A DNA stretch of 63,431 nucleotides, filler included, from Alphaproteobacteria bacterium (GCA_024280495.1; 8 parts of 8 records of this genome joined end to end with filler, not necessarily neighbours in it), one strand, 5' to 3'. Positions 1-9,754 are shown, counted from the whole stretch's first letter. Made by a program: numbers and translations. Notes: a model not told the origin generated them from the letters alone.

Positions 1-421
1 CTGTTAAAACAGCAGTCTCCCACTTACTATCCCAACCCCTTGAGGACAGAGCTGCTCTTAATTGTAAATAGTGATGAGGTCTTTGCGAGACCATCTCATA
101 TGCTGATGACCTTTACAGCGTTGATTAATAAGACTTTTCACTATTGACTCTGCAAGATTACTTGTAAAAGGAAGGCCTTTTTCTTTGCGGTCGTTACCAT
201 CAACTATTTTCTCGATATTATTTCTAATATAAGCCGTGAACTTAATAAGTTTCGTTGATGCTTTATCAGGATATAACTTTATTTGCTTCTTTAAGCCCAT
301 AAATAAGTCTAGTAAGGAAGAAGGTTTTAATAATACCTTCACATAGGGTATGGCTTATAGATACTGCTGTGGAATCTTCCGTATTGTATGCTTCAAATAT
401 AAGGCGATATGAGAAAGCCAT
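1..421 (-). pseudogene. ISKra4-family transposase remnant (frameshifted, internally deleted)
   Basis: ORF 58-342 contains YIRNN...GLPFTSNLAESIVKSLINQRCKGHQHMRWSR, an ISKra4-type C-terminal motif. Other frames give an N-terminus MAFSYRLIFEAY... from ATG 421 and a C-terminus ...ALSSRGWDSKWETAVLT. Confidence 0.65.
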
Positions 422-542
422 AATGGATATTCCTTCTAAATATGAAACACACCCCTATCACTTTAAAACCTAAATCAACACCTATTATATTACACCTCCA
501 AATTGCCGCAGCAGATTTTTTTCAAAAAAAAACAGATCATTT

Positions 543-818
543 TCAGGATACTTTTTCATCTTTCATGAGAGCTTCGAGCTCTCCTTTTTTATAGAGGGTT
601 TGCAACTCATCAAAGCCGCCAACATGAAGAGCACCAAGAAAAATTTGCGGCACTGATTTACGGCCTTGTGCCTTTTTAACAAGCATCGCACGCAATTCAG
701 GTGTTGATACATCGATTTCAGAATAAGAATAGCCTTCTCGATCCAACAGTTTTTTTGCCGCTACACAATAGGGACAATGGCTGGTTGAGTAGACAATAAT
801 TTGACTTTTGTTTTTCAT
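543..818 (-). CDS. grxC: glutaredoxin 3
   Basis: CPYC active site, SVPQIF and HVGGFDEL motifs; lies downstream of comF as usual in alphaproteobacteria. Confidence 0.9.
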   Translation of the reverse strand: MKNKSQIIVYSTSHCPYCVAAKKLLDREGYSYSEIDVSTPELRAMLVKKAQGRKSVPQIFLGALHVGGFDELQTLYKKGELEALMKDEKVS

Positions 819-899
819 GATTATCTCCTCTATGTTTTTGCCTTCTTACTTTTTTACGGATAAGTAATTGCATTTTCAAGAGTATCAGTATCTTTTTTT

Positions 900-1724
900 T
901 TAAAGACGTGCAACCCTAGCAAGGGTTAAAATATGGACGTCTCTGGCACCAGCTTTTAAAAGTTCTTTTGTACAAGCTGAGATGGTAGCTCCTGATGTAT
1001 AAACATCATCGATCAGAATTATTACTTTTTCCTTAATAAATTCTTGTTTTTTTGACTTTATAGCAAATTTCCCAAAAACATTCTTATGTCGTTCTTTTAA
1101 AGAAAAGTGTCCTTGAGGTTGAGTTGCCAAGGGGCGCTCAAGGAGGGTATGATAGGATTTGATACCAGTTAAATGGCTGAGGTCATTGGCCAACATGGAG
1201 GCTTGATTGTAATTCCTTTTCACAAGGCGCATCCAATGCAAGGGAACGGGAATGATCATATCCGCTTGGGGGATTTTGGGGGCAGATAAACGTTGATCTG
1301 CCTTTTGCATCCAATGGGCAAAAAGAGGCGATAAATGAGTGGCATCACCATGTTTAAAGCGCAATATAAGGTCCTTGCTATTATCGTCATATAAAAGTGC
1401 AGAAGTTGTGCTGGTATAAGGCGGGGGGGACTGAATGCATTTGGCGCATTGAAATTTATCTTGAAAAAATTCACTTGAGTTACCCGATATTGAGTGATCT
1501 GCTTTAAAGGCAGGAGATATTTCAAAAGGTAAGGCGCATGTTATGCAACTGGCAGCAGTCAAAAAGGTAATATCACTCCAGCATTGAGGACATAATTGTG
1601 GTGGTAAAGCGGCTAAATTGTTTTGAAAATTTGTTGTATTACCAAGAGCACAACGACACATAACGCATCGCTGAGGCAAAATAAAATCAAGAATTTTTTT
1701 CAAGGACTTTTTTAGGGGGATCAA
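900..1724 (-). CDS. comF: ComF family protein (double zinc ribbon + PRTase domain)
   Basis: CxxC pairs at the N-terminus; IIPVPLH..RL..RNYNQA; ILIDDVYTSGAT PRPP-binding motif. Confidence 0.9.
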   Translation of the reverse strand: MIPLKKSLKKILDFILPQRCVMCRCALGNTTNFQNNLAALPPQLCPQCWSDITFLTAASCITCALPFEISPAFKADHSISGNSSEFFQDKFQCAKCIQSPPPYTSTTSALLYDDNSKDLILRFKHGDATHLSPLFAHWMQKADQRLSAPKIPQADMIIPVPLHWMRLVKRNYNQASMLANDLSHLTGIKSYHTLLERPLATQPQGHFSLKERHKNVFGKFAIKSKKQEFIKEKVIILIDDVYTSGATISACTKELLKAGARDVHILTLARVARL

Positions 1725-1738
1725 AAGTTTTCTTACTC

Positions 1739-1963
1739 CTAAATATTTGAGTGTGATCCATCACACAGAGGCGCTGATTTTGTTTCTTTGCACCCACAGA
1801 AATAAACACAACCTGTTTTGGGTGCAATCCATTTAAGGGATTTTTGCTCTGTCTTACCTCGATGGGAACCATCACACAGGGGCTGCTTTTTAGAGAAACC
1901 ACAAGTGCACCAGGCGTACACTTTACCCTCTTCAACATCAAAAAGAATGGGGGAGTCAGTCAT
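1739..1963 (-). CDS. CDGSH iron-sulfur protein with two CDGSH motifs (CISD3/MiNT-like)
   Basis: WCTCGFSKKQPLCDGSH and FCGCKETKSAPLCDGSH. Confidence 0.9.
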   Translation of the reverse strand: MTDSPILFDVEEGKVYAWCTCGFSKKQPLCDGSHRGKTEQKSLKWIAPKTGCVYFCGCKETKSAPLCDGSHSNI

Positions 1964-2053
1964 ATGAATACCTTTTTAATTCGGTTTATGGTTGATTTAA
2001 ACCATAGCTTAGTTATTTTAATATAAATATATAATCATTTAAAGGTCCCCTTC

Positions 2054-2551
2054 ATGAATCATTCAAATAATACCCATATTTATACAGATGGTGCCTGTAG
2101 CGGCAATCCTGGTCCTGGCGGTTGGGGAGCAGTAATATTACGCGATGATGCCCTGGACCTAAAAAAAGCTGAGGAGCATTTTGGCGGGGTTAATGACACA
2201 ACAAACAATCGTATGGAATTGTATGCCACCATCCACGCTCTGCAGGTTTTAAAAGATGAAAAAGGAACCATTCATGTCCATACGGACAGTACTTATGTCA
2301 AAGATGGTATTACGTCTTGGGTGAAAAATTGGCAAAAAAATGGTTGGAAAACGGCCGCTCGAAAAGATGTTAAAAATAAAGATTTATGGCAAGAACTACT
2401 TGCGGCAACCAATAACATAATAGTTGAATGGCATTGGGTTAAAGGACATGCAGGTCACCCCTTAAATGAACGGGCCGATACCTTAGCACGTAATGGTGTC
2501 ATGAAGATCATGATGAAAAAAGCGATGGAAGCTCAAAACCGCACTGCTTAA
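2054..2551 (+). CDS. rnhA: ribonuclease HI
   Basis: [40 protein letters not shown]. Confidence 0.97.
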   Translation: MNHSNNTHIYTDGACSGNPGPGGWGAVILRDDALDLKKAEEHFGGVNDTTNNRMELYATIHALQVLKDEKGTIHVHTDSTYVKDGITSWVKNWQKNGWKTAARKDVKNKDLWQELLAATNNIIVEWHWVKGHAGHPLNERADTLARNGVMKIMMKKAMEAQNRTA

Positions 2552-2609
2552 TTTAAGCAGCTTCGCGATTTTCTCAGTTCTGAAAGGTCTATTTTTGGAG
2601 GGTGACCGG

Positions 2610-2833
2610 GGCAGTGGTGCATAAATAGTCAAAATTTACCAATTATAGTCAAAATTTACCAATTGTGTTGTTTTTCATTCATTAACATGAAAATTCACAA
2701 ACCTTATAAACTGAAAGATCCCTATCGTCACAAATTTAAGAAGCCCGATTATAACAAGAGAGACTAGAGAGCATATGAAGATGGTTTGCGATCTCGAGGG
2801 AGTCTAACATTTTGGATTTGCGAAGATGCCATT
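2610..2833 (+). mobile_element. IS5-family (IS903-group-like) element remnant
   Basis: Possible left IR GGCAGTGGTGCATAAATAG. From ATG 2687 it reads MKIHKPYKLKDPYRHKFKKPDYNKRD*RAYEDGLRSRGSLTFWICEDAI, resembling the IS903-type transposase N-terminus, with an internal stop. Confidence 0.65.
2625..2664. repeat. perfect 2 x 20-bp tandem repeat ATAGTCAAAATTTACCAATT
   Basis: Read directly; lies inside the end of the IS5 remnant. Confidence 0.9.
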
Positions 2834-2994
2834 GAGCTATGACCGAAAGTTGTGTATGAGAGCTCAAGCGGCATCTCTCATGTCCTGATCATTGTTGATT
2901 AAAGCGATGCCATCCACGAATTTAACTCCGGTAATGACTTCGCCCAAGCGCTTAAATCCGGCAATTCTGTGCCAACGCTTTTCAGCACTTTCGC
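2834..2994 (-). mobile_element. IS256-family element, right end (transposase C-terminus + IR), cut by contig end
   Basis: Minus strand reads ESAEKRWHRIAGFKRLGEVITGVKFVDGI...AA* (stop 2864-2866), followed by ATACACAACTTTCGGTCATAGCTC, an IS256-like terminus. Confidence 0.75.
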
Positions 2995-3094
2995 NNNNNN
3001 NNNNNNNNNNNNNNNNNNNNNNNNNNNNNNNNNNNNNNTTAATTAATTAANNNNNNNNNNNNNNNNNNNNNNNNNNNNNNNNNNNNNNNNNNNN
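2995..3094. other. artificial contig spacer
   Basis: 44 N + TTAATTAATTAA (stops in all frames) + 44 N. Confidence 0.99.
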
Positions 3095-3112
3095 AGTCAA
3101 ATAGAAGAAATA

Positions 3113-4429
3113 TTGGAGACCACTGAACTCATTCAAGAGCCCCCTTCCCCCATAATAACTCTCGTAACAACTCAACAGGAAAAGATACAGGCGTCTGATG
3201 CCAGCATTCTTGAGGCAAAACGCCCTGCCAATAGAATGAGAAAAGAATCAACAAAATTTTCAATGGAGTTTAATGACCTTAAAAAGTCCATGTCAAAAAC
3301 AAATAAAAAAGAAGGTCTTAAAAGGGTTACATCTCCTTTCCTACATCGAGGTAACTTGCCAAAGGAAGGGCAGGTTAAGGGGAAAGGCAATTTGGGGAAA
3401 ACTGAACAGAAAAACACCTCACATAATTTAAAATCAATAGTGAAACCAATACTAAGCACGACATCCAAAATTGAAATTTCCGAGGAAAATTCACAATCTA
3501 CTTTTTCTAAGAATGCTAACTCTCTGGATAAAGTTTCTCAGAAAAATAATTCTAAATCTCCTGAGAAAGGGATTGCCCATACCTTTAAAACGAACTTCTC
3601 CCCCAAGAAAACAACTTTTATGGATAAAAAAGATCCTAAAATGCCCATTATAAAACCAGAGGCAAAATCTCTGAAATTAGGGACAATCAAAGCAGAAGAA
3701 GATAATTCTAATTCTTTAACTGCGACTTTGAAGGAGGTGAAAACATCTTTTTCCATGATGAACACCCAGCATAAGAGCACCTTGAGTGCAAATACTAATG
3801 TAACCCGTAATGGGCCAAGTGATTTCACTGATACAGTGTCAAATAACCTGGAATCACTAATAAAAAGAGAAGAACCTTCGGAATCAAAAAACGAAGGGCG
3901 TCTTGAAGGACAACGTCATTTTCAGGGGATGGCACAAGGAACAAGGGGGGCTCAACCATCGTTTTCATCTTTTCACTCCACTCATTATAGTGCCGTTATG
4001 GAACAAATTTCTTTTGGAATCAAAAATAATAGCGTTGGTGGTAAAACTGATATTAGTATCCAATTACGCCCCCATCATTTAGGCGATATCCAAATTAAAT
4101 TTAACACAAATGAACATGGTGAAACCCATATTGTGATTACGGCACGCCCCGATGTTAGAGACCTCCTACAAAGTGGTACAAAGGATTTAACGGATTTATT
4201 TCAAGAGGTTGATCTTGATCTTAACGAGGATAATATTTCCTACGAGAATTCCCCTGAGAGTACTGAAGAAGAAAATTCTAGTGACGATAATTTTGATCAA
4301 GAAGAAATGCTCCTTTCTGGCATTCAGGATTCTGTTTCAGGTAAAAGTTCGACCGTTTCATTACAAAATGCAACCCATGAAGTAGTGGTGCCCCTCACTC
4401 ATACTGGAACTTGGGCCACGAGAGCCTGA
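3113..4429 (+). CDS. fliK: flagellar hook-length control protein (probably 5'-truncated by contig edge)
   Basis: Low-complexity N-terminus, then the FliK C-domain ISIQLRPHHLGDIQIKF...ARPDVRDLLQ; upstream of flgD-flgE. Confidence 0.75.
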   Translation: METTELIQEPPSPIITLVTTQQEKIQASDASILEAKRPANRMRKESTKFSMEFNDLKKSMSKTNKKEGLKRVTSPFLHRGNLPKEGQVKGKGNLGKTEQKNTSHNLKSIVKPILSTTSKIEISEENSQSTFSKNANSLDKVSQKNNSKSPEKGIAHTFKTNFSPKKTTFMDKKDPKMPIIKPEAKSLKLGTIKAEEDNSNSLTATLKEVKTSFSMMNTQHKSTLSANTNVTRNGPSDFTDTVSNNLESLIKREEPSESKNEGRLEGQRHFQGMAQGTRGAQPSFSSFHSTHYSAVMEQISFGIKNNSVGGKTDISIQLRPHHLGDIQIKFNTNEHGETHIVITARPDVRDLLQSGTKDLTDLFQEVDLDLNEDNISYENSPESTEEENSSDDNFDQEEMLLSGIQDSVSGKSSTVSLQNATHEVVVPLTHTGTWATRA

Positions 4430-4467
4430 GTTTTTTTAATCACTTGGCACATCAATTAGATGAGCAC

Positions 4468-4484
4468 TTGGCATAAGCATTGCA
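4468..4484 (+). promoter_or_regulatory. putative sigma54 -24/-12 promoter of flgD-flgE
   Basis: TTGGCATAAGCATTGCA has GG-N10-GC spacing and ends about 36 bp before ATG 4521. Confidence 0.6.
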
Positions 4485-4520
4485 TTGTTAAGGCTAAAGA
4501 GACAATTAAAAGGAATCAAT

Positions 4521-5465
4521 ATGCGTGCTGAACTCAACAAAAATCCAGAAATGAATGCTATCTGGGGACAGAAAATTAAGGAAGAGCGCGAAGCAAGTGG
4601 AGAAGTCTATCGTGATCATAATCATGCTGAAATTTTAAGGCTGAACAAAGAAAAATATAAAGATCGCCCTCAAAGTCTGAGTGATATGAAAGGTGATGAC
4701 TGGCTTAAACTTATTTTATCGAAAACTTCAAACCGACTTCCCGATGAAGACAACACAAAAGATAGCCTGATCGAAGATGCCAGAGGCGTTGCTATGATTA
4801 CAGGAATAACTGATGTCCGTAAAAAAATAGGTGAGATGAAAAATTTAATGGAAAAAGGAATGTCCATGGATGCCAACCAATTCATTGGTCAAAAAGTTGA
4901 AGTTGAATCTAAGAAATTTCGCCATGTAAAGGGGCAAAATGATGAACTTGGTTATAACCTTCCTTATAATGCTCACAGTATCACTGTTAATATTTTCGAC
5001 GAAGAATCTCGTCAGATTCGTACATTGGAAATGAAACACGGTGACACAATTAAATTGAATGGAAAAGAGCAAAAAATCGATTTAAAGGCTGGTCGTAAAA
5101 GTTTTCAATGGGATGGCACCGATGATTTGGGAAAAAAACTAGATGATGGTCAATTCAGATTTCAAATACGTGCCTTTGATAAAAAAGGGAAAGCTTTAAA
5201 AACACCAATGGTTGGTGACCTAGTCAAAATAAAACACTTCACCAGTGGCGTTCTTGAGTCAAACGAATTTGATGGAAAAGTTAGAACTGCCATGGTGAAT
5301 GGCATCGAAGTTCCTGCTGATAATATTAGAAGCTTTTCCGTTGATCGACATCAAAAAGCATCAAAAAGCCCAGAACAATTAGCAGCACAAATAAAAGCAA
5401 ATCTAGAAAAAGATGCTGCTATTGCTCTCAATGACACATCTGGCACGGGACTTGCAAAGGCTTAA
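4521..5465 (+). CDS. flgD: flagellar hook capping protein, divergent
   Basis: ANQFIGQKVEV and an Ig-like domain with FQWDGTDDLGKKLDDGQFRFQIRA; lies between fliK and flgE. Start placed at the ATG after AAGGAA. Confidence 0.8.
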   Translation: MRAELNKNPEMNAIWGQKIKEEREASGEVYRDHNHAEILRLNKEKYKDRPQSLSDMKGDDWLKLILSKTSNRLPDEDNTKDSLIEDARGVAMITGITDVRKKIGEMKNLMEKGMSMDANQFIGQKVEVESKKFRHVKGQNDELGYNLPYNAHSITVNIFDEESRQIRTLEMKHGDTIKLNGKEQKIDLKAGRKSFQWDGTDDLGKKLDDGQFRFQIRAFDKKGKALKTPMVGDLVKIKHFTSGVLESNEFDGKVRTAMVNGIEVPADNIRSFSVDRHQKASKSPEQLAAQIKANLEKDAAIALNDTSGTGLAKA

Positions 5466-5511
5466 GTAAAATACTAACAAATAAAAATATTTTTTTAAAA
5501 GGAAACATATC

Positions 5512-6750
5512 ATGGCAGGTTTAGAAAAAGCAGCTTCGGCCCTAGGAGCCTTTACAAAGGGTATTGATGCTTATACGCAAAATATTGCTGAAGGTAAAAA
5601 TAATGGTAATGGTCAATTTGGCGCTCATTTTCAAAATATTGGGGGGGGTATTAAGGTAACACGAACCAATGACCTGCAAACTCAAGGGTCTATCCAAGAA
5701 TCAGATACCAATACACACGTTGCCCTTGATTCTGGGAATGGCTTCATGGTGGCAGCAACTTCTGATGGCAGCAAGGTTTTAACGCGAGATGGGTCTTGGA
5801 CATCTGATCGTAATGGTGATTTAGTAAACGGGGGAGGACATAAATTACAAGGGTGGATCCTTGATGGGGCGGGGGAAATCCCCAGTGACGTTAATATCTC
5901 CTCTATGGATGGATTGGAAACAATCAATATAACATCGGTTAGTGGAACCTTTACGGAAACCACAGAAGCTCGAGTTATCGTAAATTTGTCCGCGGCAGAA
6001 ATCCCCACCCCTTACCAAAGAAACCTTGTTATTACGGATTCTTTAGGCATTGATCATAACGTTTTTGTAACCTATACAAAAACTGCAACTGACAATGAAT
6101 GGAAGATGAGCATCACTGCACCAGATGCAGTTGTTGCTGGTATCACACAAGATGGTGGTAGCAATGATGGTGTTCCTTTCACCGATGTTTTAATGCAATT
6201 TAATACCGATGGTATATTACAATATTTTAATGGAGATCCCCTTGAAACCACCGTTCCGAAATTTAATATAAATTGGGAAACTTCCACTGCTAAAGACAGC
6301 AATGTGACTCTGAATCTTGGTGTTGGTGAGAATGATGGTACGCGCATTATGGGCAAAAAATCTGCCCACGTAAATGTAACCACAAATGGCCGTTCTTTTT
6401 CTGCTGTGGATGGAACATTTATCAGCCCAGAGGGGGATGTATATGCTGTCTTTAAAAATGGTGAAAAAAGTAAGATTGCAAAAATTGCCATTGCCAATGT
6501 CAACGCACCCAATGAACTCAATCCTGTAAATGGAAATGCCTATACAATTACACCAGAATCAGGAGACGCAGCTCTAGGATCTGCTGGAGAAAGCGGGTTT
6601 GCCGCTGTTATTTCTGGGCAAATAGAGACAAAACCCGTGGACTTTGCAAGAAGCATGTTGAAAATAATCAGCCTTCAACAGAACTATAATGCCATGGTTT
6701 CCGTAACTGGCAAGCAAGCTGAGATGATGAAGAAATTAGAACAACTTTAA
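5512..6750 (+). CDS. flgE: flagellar hook protein, divergent
   Basis: QGSIQESDTNTHVAL..GNGFMV..LTRDGSW..D.NGDLVN..G.KLQGW; DSLG; NAY..TPESG; C-terminal D0-like helix. Confidence 0.85.
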   Translation: MAGLEKAASALGAFTKGIDAYTQNIAEGKNNGNGQFGAHFQNIGGGIKVTRTNDLQTQGSIQESDTNTHVALDSGNGFMVAATSDGSKVLTRDGSWTSDRNGDLVNGGGHKLQGWILDGAGEIPSDVNISSMDGLETINITSVSGTFTETTEARVIVNLSAAEIPTPYQRNLVITDSLGIDHNVFVTYTKTATDNEWKMSITAPDAVVAGITQDGGSNDGVPFTDVLMQFNTDGILQYFNGDPLETTVPKFNINWETSTAKDSNVTLNLGVGENDGTRIMGKKSAHVNVTTNGRSFSAVDGTFISPEGDVYAVFKNGEKSKIAKIAIANVNAPNELNPVNGNAYTITPESGDAALGSAGESGFAAVISGQIETKPVDFARSMLKIISLQQNYNAMVSVTGKQAEMMKKLEQL

Positions 6751-6755
6751 GCTTT

Positions 6756-6830
6756 AATCACTCCCGCGCCTACAAGTTACAGGCGTTGCCCCCTCGCTCC
6801 TAGACTGGAACCTTTTTGGAATGACTTTAG
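6756..6830 (+). repeat. truncated copy of the 107-bp palindromic MITE-like element
   Basis: AATCACTCCCGCGCCTACAAGTTACAGGCG...CCTTTTTGGAATGACT matches the right ~75 bp of the copy at 25333-25439. Confidence 0.85.
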
Positions 6831-8045
6831 TTATGATACGGCTCTTTCTGATTCTTTGAAATAATTTTGCAAACTCTTCTTAAGGTCAGCTTTTTCCCAA
6901 GGGAGGTCTAGTTTTTTATCTCGACCAAAATGACCATAAGAGGCCGTTTTTTGATAAATAGGGCGGCTCAAATTTAAATGGTCAATGATGCCACGGGGTG
7001 ATAAATCAATATTTTTTCGAATATAAGATTCAATGCCTGATTCAGATACTACGCCCGTTCCATGCAAATCTATAAAGAGAGATAAGGGCTCTGAGAGACC
7101 AATACCGTAAGAAATTTGCAACGTACATTTTTTGGAAAGATTTGCCGCCACAATATTTTTTGCTAAATAACGTGCCATGTAAGCCCCAGAACGATCAACC
7201 TTTGTAGGGTCCTTTCCTGAAAAGGCGCCACCACCGTGGGCTGCGGCAGACCCATAGGTGTCTACAATAATTTTACGTCCCGTGAGGCCCGTGTCACCAA
7301 CGGGTCCCCCTATGACAAATCGTCCTGTGGGATTGATGAAGATTTGATCATCGTCACACATCCATCCCTTGGGCAATATGGCCTTAATATAAGGCATAAC
7401 AGTATGTCTCACATCAGTCTGAGTTAGATTTTCTTTGTGTTGGTGAGAGAGAACTATGGTTGCAACCCCCGTTGGCATTCCCTCTTGATAGGTGCAACTG
7501 AGTTGAACCTTAGCATCGGGTCCAAGGGTTGGAAGCATGCCAGATTTTCGATCGGTGGCAAGGGCTTCAAGAATGCGATGGGAGTAATATAAAGGTGCTG
7601 GTAAATATCCAGGAGTTTCATCGGTTGCATAACCGATCATCATCCCTTGATCTCCTGCTCCAATATTACCAGAACCCTCAAAATTAGAAGATTCAGAGAG
7701 TTCTATGCCCCGTGCAATATCAGGAGATTGAGTATGTAAAACATCTTTAATTTCAATTTTCCCCCAATGAAATCCCTCTTGATCATAACCAATTTTACGT
7801 ATGCATTGACGTGCAATATCAGCACGTTCTGTTTTTGTTAGGTGAGCATCCGTGCGGATTTCACCCGCTAAAACAACTAGTTCTTTCGTCACTAATGTTT
7901 CAATGGCGAGTTTCGCTTGGGGATCTTTTGCAAGATAGGCATCAACCAAAGCATCGGAAATAATATCACACATTTTATCGGGGTGGCCTTCGGAAACGGA
8001 TTCAGAAGTGAAAATAAAAGACCTTTTTGAAAGGGGGAATGCCAT
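6831..8045 (-). CDS. metK: S-adenosylmethionine synthetase
   Basis: FTSESVSEGHPDK, GAGDQG, GLTGRKIIVDTYG, GGAFSGKDPTKVDRS. Confidence 0.98.
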   Translation of the reverse strand: MAFPLSKRSFIFTSESVSEGHPDKMCDIISDALVDAYLAKDPQAKLAIETLVTKELVVLAGEIRTDAHLTKTERADIARQCIRKIGYDQEGFHWGKIEIKDVLHTQSPDIARGIELSESSNFEGSGNIGAGDQGMMIGYATDETPGYLPAPLYYSHRILEALATDRKSGMLPTLGPDAKVQLSCTYQEGMPTGVATIVLSHQHKENLTQTDVRHTVMPYIKAILPKGWMCDDDQIFINPTGRFVIGGPVGDTGLTGRKIIVDTYGSAAAHGGGAFSGKDPTKVDRSGAYMARYLAKNIVAANLSKKCTLQISYGIGLSEPLSLFIDLHGTGVVSESGIESYIRKNIDLSPRGIIDHLNLSRPIYQKTASYGHFGRDKKLDLPWEKADLKKSLQNYFKESERAVS

Positions 8046-8050
8046 GCAAT

Positions 8051-9754
8051 TTAACCATTTTTTCTTGAGTTAATAGTTAATCCTATCATGAAAACAAAAA
8101 ACAAGAAAAGTGTAATAAAGTAAAAATTATGTCTATACTTAGAAAAAAACGTTTTAGTCATTGTTTCTTTTGGTAAAAGAACAACCTCAAAACGTCCTTC
8201 ATTAAAAGGGATTTCTGCTGTCACTCGACCATTGGCATCAAAAACTGACGTGATTCCCCGATAATTCACCCGAACAAGAGGTAACCCCTCTTCGATAGCT
8301 CGCATACGGGTTAATTGAAGATGTTGATAAATACCAGATGACTCTAAATACCAACCATCATTGGTAATATTCAGTAACCATTTTGGACGCGTATTTTTTT
8401 CAGAAATTACCTGCCCCGAAAAAATAGCTTCATAACAAATAAGTGGGCTAAAGGAGGGAAAGGAAGTGAGAGATATTGTTTCTCGTCCAGAGCCCTCTTT
8501 AAACTCACTATTACCTGGTGCAAGAACATCGATAAAACGAGGCATAAATTCTCGATATGGCACATATTCTCCAAAGGGAACCAAATGAGATTTGTCATAA
8601 GTAGCCAAGATTTTACCCCCAGGAGCCAAGGCAAATAATGAATTATAATGTTGTCCCGTATCACTCACACGATTTGCACCAGCAATAAGCACATCACCTT
8701 TTGATAAAATTTGCGTTATATAAACGGCCGTTGTTCCTTTATCCGTCAGGCTATAGGGCACCGAAGCCTCTGGCCAAATATAAAGACGTGGCTTGCGCTT
8801 ATTAAAAGACAAAGGGATTAAATGGCTTTGTTGAGAAAATCTCATCAACGTTTCAAGGTTTGATTGCAGAAATTTAGAATCCCATTTTTTCTTTTGAATT
8901 ATATTGGGCTGCACCATCACTATTTCAAAATCTTCATAAAACGCTTTAGGATTTTGACGTAAATGCCATTGACCCAAGGCCAGCATAGACACCCCTACCC
9001 CAAGAAACAGCATCAAACTCAACCGCCTATATTGAGGGACAAAAAAGACCGTAACATATACAAGGACAACAAGGATTAAAGTCAAAAGACCAAGACCATA
9101 AACGCCAATAAACGCAAGCATTTGCGCCATAACGTCACCACCCATCCATACCTCGGCAACATTCAACCAAGGAAATCCCGTAAGTAACGTTCCCTTTATA
9201 TACTCAAATCCAGACCACAAAAGAACAAAGGTTAGTAAAGGCGCCAATCGAGATTTACGGTGAGTTGCAAGATAAATTTTCAAGGCACCATAGGTACAAA
9301 TCCCAAGACCCAATGAAAGAATTGCTGGAATCCCAAGGGCAGCCAATGGAACAAGAATTGCATATTTTAACCAGTCGATATGCAAGGCATATGCAATCCA
9401 ATACAACCCCCCTGAAAAATAACCAAAACCAAACCAATATCCTGTTAAAAAAGCTTTTGAACCGTCAAAAGGCAAATGTGATTTTCGAGGCGACATATTT
9501 AAGACGCCTTTTTCGAAATACCGATAAAAAAGGATAAGGCCAGTAAATGCAGTAATTAAATGCCCACGAGGTTGAAATGCCAGGGAAAAAAGCCAACCCA
9601 AAAAAAGAGGAGGTAAAATACGACGCATTCTAGATTTTTGAAAATCAAAGAAAAACCACTGGAGAAAACGTCCAAAAAAAGGAATAGCACGAGGATTCAT
9701 CGCTTTTGCTCGGAAGTCCCCTTGCCATTTATGGTCATTATTTTTCAACGTCAA
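8051..9754 (-). CDS. lnt: apolipoprotein N-acyltransferase
   Basis: TM helices, GFPW, IWPEAS, YDKSHLVPFGEYVP, PLICYEAIF, NITNDGW. Confidence 0.95.
   Translation of the reverse strand: MTLKNNDHKWQGDFRAKAMNPRAIPFFGRFLQWFFFDFQKSRMRRILPPLFLGWLFSLAFQPRGHLITAFTGLILFYRYFEKGVLNMSPRKSHLPFDGSKAFLTGYWFGFGYFSGGLYWIAYALHIDWLKYAILVPLAALGIPAILSLGLGICTYGALKIYLATHRKSRLAPLLTFVLLWSGFEYIKGTLLTGFPWLNVAEVWMGGDVMAQMLAFIGVYGLGLLTLILVVLVYVTVFFVPQYRRLSLMLFLGVGVSMLALGQWHLRQNPKAFYEDFEIVMVQPNIIQKKKWDSKFLQSNLETLMRFSQQSHLIPLSFNKRKPRLYIWPEASVPYSLTDKGTTAVYITQILSKGDVLIAGANRVSDTGQHYNSLFALAPGGKILATYDKSHLVPFGEYVPYREFMPRFIDVLAPGNSEFKEGSGRETISLTSFPSFSPLICYEAIFSGQVISEKNTRPKWLLNITNDGWYLESSGIYQHLQLTRMRAIEEGLPLVRVNYRGITSVFDANGRVTAEIPFNEGRFEVVLLPKETMTKTFFSKYRHNFYFITLFLFFVFMIGLTINSRKNG

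Noticed and set aside
2625..2664. 20-bp direct repeat as a possible CRISPR
   Set aside because: Two adjacent copies with no spacer and no cas genes; a tandem duplication in an IS end.
2995..3094. Recurring TTAATTAATTAA palindrome within N-runs (seven times)
   Set aside because: Identical 100-bp artificial contig spacer, not biological.
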